Assembly: GCA_963713045.1 (NCBI GenBank) | Contig: CAVQKE010000001.1 | Span: 64,001 to 128,000, forward strand | DNA: 64,000 bases | Source of the DNA: an uncultured delta proteobacterium | GTDB lineage: Bacteria; Myxococcota; Myxococcia; Myxococcales; Myxococcaceae | Direction of reading: 5' to 3' | Shown here: positions 60,358-64,000 of the stretch, one piece after another | Layout of the letters: every line of letters begins with the position of its first letter | Position numbering within the stretch: the stretch's first letter is position 1 | The notes under the pieces: generated by a model | What the model saw: only the letters and a program-made list of their open reading frames with translations | Databases searched by the model: none | Told to the model about the DNA's origin: nothing | Program-made: the position numbers and the translations under genes

Positions 60358-60684
60358 ATGGCCGGCATGCGTCCTGTACAATGGAGCCAGGTGGAAGGGC
60401 TGTGGGAGATGCTTCGCCCGAAAGTCGCCGCCTACTGGTCGCGGCTTCCGAAGGACGAAGTGGCACAGCTCGGTGGTGATTGGACTTCGCTGGTCCGACT
60501 GGTGAAGCGTTACTGCGCGCTCGAGCAGAGCGGCGCCGAGGCTCAGGTCGATGCCTGGGTCGCCGGCCTTCCGTTGGAGACCCCGACCCGCGAGGCCATC
60601 CCTCCGCTGGCCCGAACCAAGGACGAGCAGCGGGCGGAAGGTGAAGGATTGGGCGTCGTTCCGGGTGCGGAAACGCGAAGCTAG
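60358..60684 (+). CDS. Divergent CsbD-like protein
   Basis: QWSQVEGLW...YWSRLPKDEV...LVRLVKRYC...AEAQVDAW aligns by eye with 55088-55306. Confidence 0.65.
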   Translation: MAGMRPVQWSQVEGLWEMLRPKVAAYWSRLPKDEVAQLGGDWTSLVRLVKRYCALEQSGAEAQVDAWVAGLPLETPTREAIPPLARTKDEQRAEGEGLGVVPGAETRS

Positions 60685-60805
60685 GCGACTGCGCCCGGCG
60701 CAGGGACGGTTGGGGGCCCGGTACGGATTCCTTCCGCGGAAAGCCATTCCAGTCGGCTAGAGTCAGGGGCCGCGCCGCCGCCTTTCGGCAGGCGGTGAGC
60801 GTCCG

Positions 60806-61513
60806 ATGGCCCGACCGACAGAACGAGAACCCGAACAGCACCGAAGCGGCCGCGCCGGGTGGCTTCGCGCGGCGGTCTTGGGGTCCGATGACGGAATCGT
60901 TTCCACCTCAAGCTTGATGATTGGTGTCGCCGCCGCATCCGCCTCGAAGGAAGCAATCCTCGTTGCTGGCGCAGCGGGGCTCGTGGCCGGCGCAATGTCG
61001 ATGGCGGCAGGAGAGTATGTCTCCGTCAGCTCTCAACGCGACGCCGAGGAGGCCGATATCGAGATTGAGAAATTTGAGCTGGCGGTGCGCCCGCGAGCCG
61101 AGCTGCAAGAGCTTGCGTCTATTTACGTCCGCCGCGGGTTGGATAAGGACCTCGCAATGAAGGTTGCAGAGCAGCTGAGCACCCACAACCGACTCGAGGC
61201 CCACCTGAAGGACGAACTGGGCATCGACCGCGCAACCATGGCGCAGCCCCTCCAGGCGGCGTGGATTTCGGCGCTCAGCTTCGCCACCTTTGCACTGATC
61301 CCCATCTTCGCCATGCTCATCGCTCCGCCGGCTTGGCGTCTGCCGGCCATCGCAGTTTCGTCGTTGGCCAGCCTTGGGGTTCTGGGCGCATTCGGAAGCC
61401 ATCTTGGCGGCGCACCCCTTGGCCGGGGCGCCTTGCGCGTGATGGTAGGCGGCGGCCTCGCCATGGCGGTGACAGCCGCCATCGGTCGCCTGCTCGGCAC
61501 TTCAGTCGGTTGA
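60806..61513 (+). CDS. VIT1/CCC1 family Fe/Mn transporter
   Basis: WLRAAVLGSDDGIVS, SMAAGEYVSVSSQRDAE, HLKDELG. Confidence 0.95.
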   Translation: MARPTEREPEQHRSGRAGWLRAAVLGSDDGIVSTSSLMIGVAAASASKEAILVAGAAGLVAGAMSMAAGEYVSVSSQRDAEEADIEIEKFELAVRPRAELQELASIYVRRGLDKDLAMKVAEQLSTHNRLEAHLKDELGIDRATMAQPLQAAWISALSFATFALIPIFAMLIAPPAWRLPAIAVSSLASLGVLGAFGSHLGGAPLGRGALRVMVGGGLAMAVTAAIGRLLGTSVG

Positions 61514-61566
61514 GGTCTGAAGCCTCGAGTCGTCTGCTGCAGAGGGTTTCCGGGAGGAGCGACCAG

Positions 61567-61640
61567 CGACCCCGGCGTGACTCGAACACGCAACCGTCGG
61601 CTTAGAAGGCCGATGCTCTATCCAGTTGAGCTACGGGGCC
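61567..61640 (-). tRNA. tRNA-Arg (TCT)
   Basis: GGCCCCGTAGCTCAACTGGATAGAGC...loop CTTCTAA...GTTCGAGTC...CGGGGTCG; no CCA. Confidence 0.97.
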
Positions 61641-62500
61641 AGCCGGCACTTTGCCCAGCCAAACCCGACGAATCAAATCAGCGTCCACGCCACGAAATGC
61701 CGTCGGTTTGGGCTCCTCGCAAGGTTCACTGCAAGCTCAGAAGGTCTTCTGCCGTCGGCGAGCCAAAAAAGGAAAGGACCCTGTGGCCTCTTCAGCTTTG
61801 CGTCCAGTTGAGCCCGGCGATGCCAAAGCGCTCGGCTCTCTGCGAGGGGCGCCGCCGGCGGTGGAGCCGAAATGGAGGGAAGCGGCCGTCGATGAGGCCG
61901 CTTACCCCGGGTGCGCCCCTCTGCGCGTTTCCGCATGCAGGAGGCCGGCTTCAAGGCCGGTGGTTGCTGCCACCCGGAAGCTCGCCCACCCGCGCGGGGT
62001 GCGACAACTGGACGCAGCTCGGCTCCGGAGGGCAGGAGGTATGAGTTGCTGACATGTGCAAGCGCCCCTTCTATGCGCTTCTTCTCACGGGCTCGGCAGC
62101 CTCTCGGTCATCTCGCGCTGGAGTGCTGCGAGCCTGACCGAAGCGCCCCGAGCATTGGTCAACGAAGCAGCCATTCATGAGGATGGAGCCGTGGGCTTCA
62201 TCCTGAAGGGCACGGAAATCCTCGGTGCCTGGGACGGCCACGGAAACTACTTCGCCCAGCCAGCGGGAACAGCTGAGTTCGACGCGGAGCAACCCTTCCC
62301 AGTGACCCGGGCTCGGTCGGCGTCATGAACGTGCCATGCGTTTGCGGCTACTACACCGCTGGTAGCACAGCGCAGAGCCGTCTGCGCAACCGGTTGCAGC
62401 GAATTCACTTCTTCAGCCGCTCTGTGTGGCTCCGGACGTGCGTCGGCCCCGCTTTCCTTCGTAGAAGTCTTCGCCAGTCTCTTGTGGGAAGGTCGGCCTG

Positions 62501-63046
62501 ATGCGGATACATCCTGCGCTTCGGGGGTTGCTGGCGCTGGCCTGCGTAGTTCCCAGCCTCGTTCTCGCGGCGTTGGGCGCAAGCGACGCGCGGGTGAAGT
62601 TTTCGTGCGTTGGTCCCGGTGGCTTGCGCTTTGAGGGAGCGGGGACGGAGCTGCAAATCCTGGAAAAAGGCGAGGCACTGGTTTTCGTCGTCCCGCTGGC
62701 GAGAATCACCACCGGCATTGGGCTGCGGGATGGGCACATGCAGGAGAAGTACCTCGAGACCGACAAGTTCCCCACTGCCGAGCTGGCGGTCCCGCGCGCG
62801 CCGCTGTCGTTTCCCACCGACGGCGCCACTGTGGATACGACCGCTTCGGGCACGATGACCATCCATGGCACGTCCCGACCCGTCACCGTCCACTACAAGG
62901 CAGCCCGCAAAGGGAACGCGTATGACGTCCAAGCCGACGTCCACATCAACATGAACGACTACGGAATCCCGACGCCGAGCTACCTGGGAGTTACGGTGAA
63001 GCCACCGGTCGACATTCAGGTCGCATTCCGGCTGACCGAAACCTAG
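62501..63046 (+). CDS. YceI family protein
   Basis: Signal peptide, TGIGLRDGHM..YLETDKFPTA, GTMTIHG, DYGI. Confidence 0.92.
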   Translation: MRIHPALRGLLALACVVPSLVLAALGASDARVKFSCVGPGGLRFEGAGTELQILEKGEALVFVVPLARITTGIGLRDGHMQEKYLETDKFPTAELAVPRAPLSFPTDGATVDTTASGTMTIHGTSRPVTVHYKAARKGNAYDVQADVHINMNDYGIPTPSYLGVTVKPPVDIQVAFRLTET

Positions 63047-63060
63047 GTTTAAGAGTGGCC

Positions 63061-64000
63061 ATGCTGGGACGGCGCATGCGAGGGAGCGCAGTCTGGCCGG
63101 GAGTGGCCGTCGCCACGCTCTTTGCGTGTCTTCTGCCGACGTCAGCCAACGCTTACCCGTGGATGATACGGCACGACTACACGGGCTGCGCCGTTTGTCA
63201 CGTCGACCCATCCGGTGCCGGCCTGCTGACCGACTACGGTCGCGCCCAGAACGTGCTTCTGATGCAGATGAACTACGGCAATCCCTTCAAACCGGGCGAC
63301 GAAGTGCCATCCTACGCCGGCTTCGCCTTCGGCGCGGTTCCGATGCCAGATTGGTTGCTTGCGCAGGTCACCTTTCGCGGGGCGGAATTCTGGGTGGCCG
63401 AGACGACGCCGGCGACGCTCACCGCCCCCAGCATGACGCTCAGCAACCAACAATTCCTGATGATGCTGCTCGACGCGCGAGCTGAAATTAAATTTGGAAT
63501 TTTTCGGGCCGCTGGGTCCCTCGGCTGGGGGACGAGTCCCTTCACCCTACCGGCAGCGGTGTGGACCAATGCCCAGGCCAACGAAATGATTGTATCTCGG
63601 GACTATTGGGTGGGCCTGCAGCTGGATGACAGCCTCCTCATCCGGCTGGGCCGAATCAATTTACCCTTTGGACTGCGAAACGTGGAGCACACCTCCTGGG
63701 TGCGCAACAACACGCAGACCGACATCAACTACTCCCAGCAAAGCGGGCTCTCGGTGTCCTTCGACAATGGACATGTGCGCACGGAGGTCCTTGCTATCCT
63801 CGGCAACCTCAACATCAGTCCGGACGGTTACCGGCAGCGGGGCTTCTCAGGGTTGGTCGAAGTCCCGGTGGCCGAGCGCGCCACCGTCGGAGTGAGTGCC
63901 GAAGTCACGCGCGCCGACCTCACCACCTCCTCGCCGAGTCCGGCGCTGCACCAGGTGTATGGCGCCTTCTCGCGGTGGGCTCCGGTGGAGCCGGTGGTCT
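63061..64000 (+). CDS. Putative outer membrane beta-barrel protein with N-terminal CxxCH (3' truncated by window)
   Basis: Manually translated open frame: signal ..ANA-YPWMIRHDYTGCAVCHVDPSGAGLLTDYGR...RLGRINLPFGLR; absent from ORF track. Confidence 0.8.
   Translation, partial: MLGRRMRGSAVWPGVAVATLFACLLPTSANAYPWMIRHDYTGCAVCHVDPSGAGLLTDYGRAQNVLLMQMNYGNPFKPGDEVPSYAGFAFGAVPMPDWLLAQVTFRGAEFWVAETTPATLTAPSMTLSNQQFLMMLLDARAEIKFGIFRAAGSLGWGTSPFTLPAAVWTNAQANEMIVSRDYWVGLQLDDSLLIRLGRINLPFGLRNVEHTSWVRNNTQTDINYSQQSGLSVSFDNGHVRTEVLAILGNLNISPDGYRQRGFSGLVEVPVAERATVGVSAEVTRADLTTSSPSPALHQVYGAFSRWAPVEPVV

Noticed and set aside
60685..60805. Possible metal riboswitch upstream of VIT1
   Set aside because: Hairpins are present but I recognise no yybP-ykoY or NiCo consensus.
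61651..62400. Short ORFs between tRNA-Arg(TCT) and the YceI gene
   Set aside because: No recognisable motifs or clear RBS; 62056-62328 could be a gene fragment but is unsupported.
1..64000. CRISPR arrays, rRNA, transposases, intact reverse transcriptase, selenocysteine read-through, long antisense ORFs
   Set aside because: No repeat-spacer periodicity or diagnostic motifs seen by eye; the long overlapping ORFs are the usual shadow frames of high-GC genes.

Overview
High-GC bacterial chromosomal window, probably Myxococcota or a related deltaproteobacterial lineage. This is inferred from the sigma54 enhancer-binding proteins, the Hanks-type kinase, the RpoH-like sigma factor and the gene content. 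It holds about 55 protein genes: an RND efflux/SPFH operon, several two-component systems, a porin, antiporters and MscS, DUF1800/DUF1501, molybdoenzymes, peptidases, a debranching enzyme/aquaporin/GlcG operon and a stress cluster. There are also four minus-strand tRNAs (Lys-CTT, Arg-TCG, His-GTG, Arg-TCT), a BrnT-type toxin-antitoxin pair and an integrase scar at tRNA-His. The most notable observations are: (1) three elements collapsed by large internal deletions that keep both ends (RND permease, class IIC group II intron, MltF-like gene); (2) a candidate sigma54-to-RpoH-like general-stress module, with a GGGG-N7-CCCC palindrome at nearly the same distance from two sigma54 promoters; (3) a heme-c DUF3365-HAMP sensor paired with an apparently inactive cyclase carrying three helical repeats, next to a Ser/Thr kinase; (4) a small coiled-coil/AT-hook/HTH protein that may be a nucleoid-associated silencer. 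Many single-base frameshifts, especially at 45-50 kb, look like long-read errors. No CRISPR array or rRNA was seen. All family calls come from motif recognition by eye, not from database searches.
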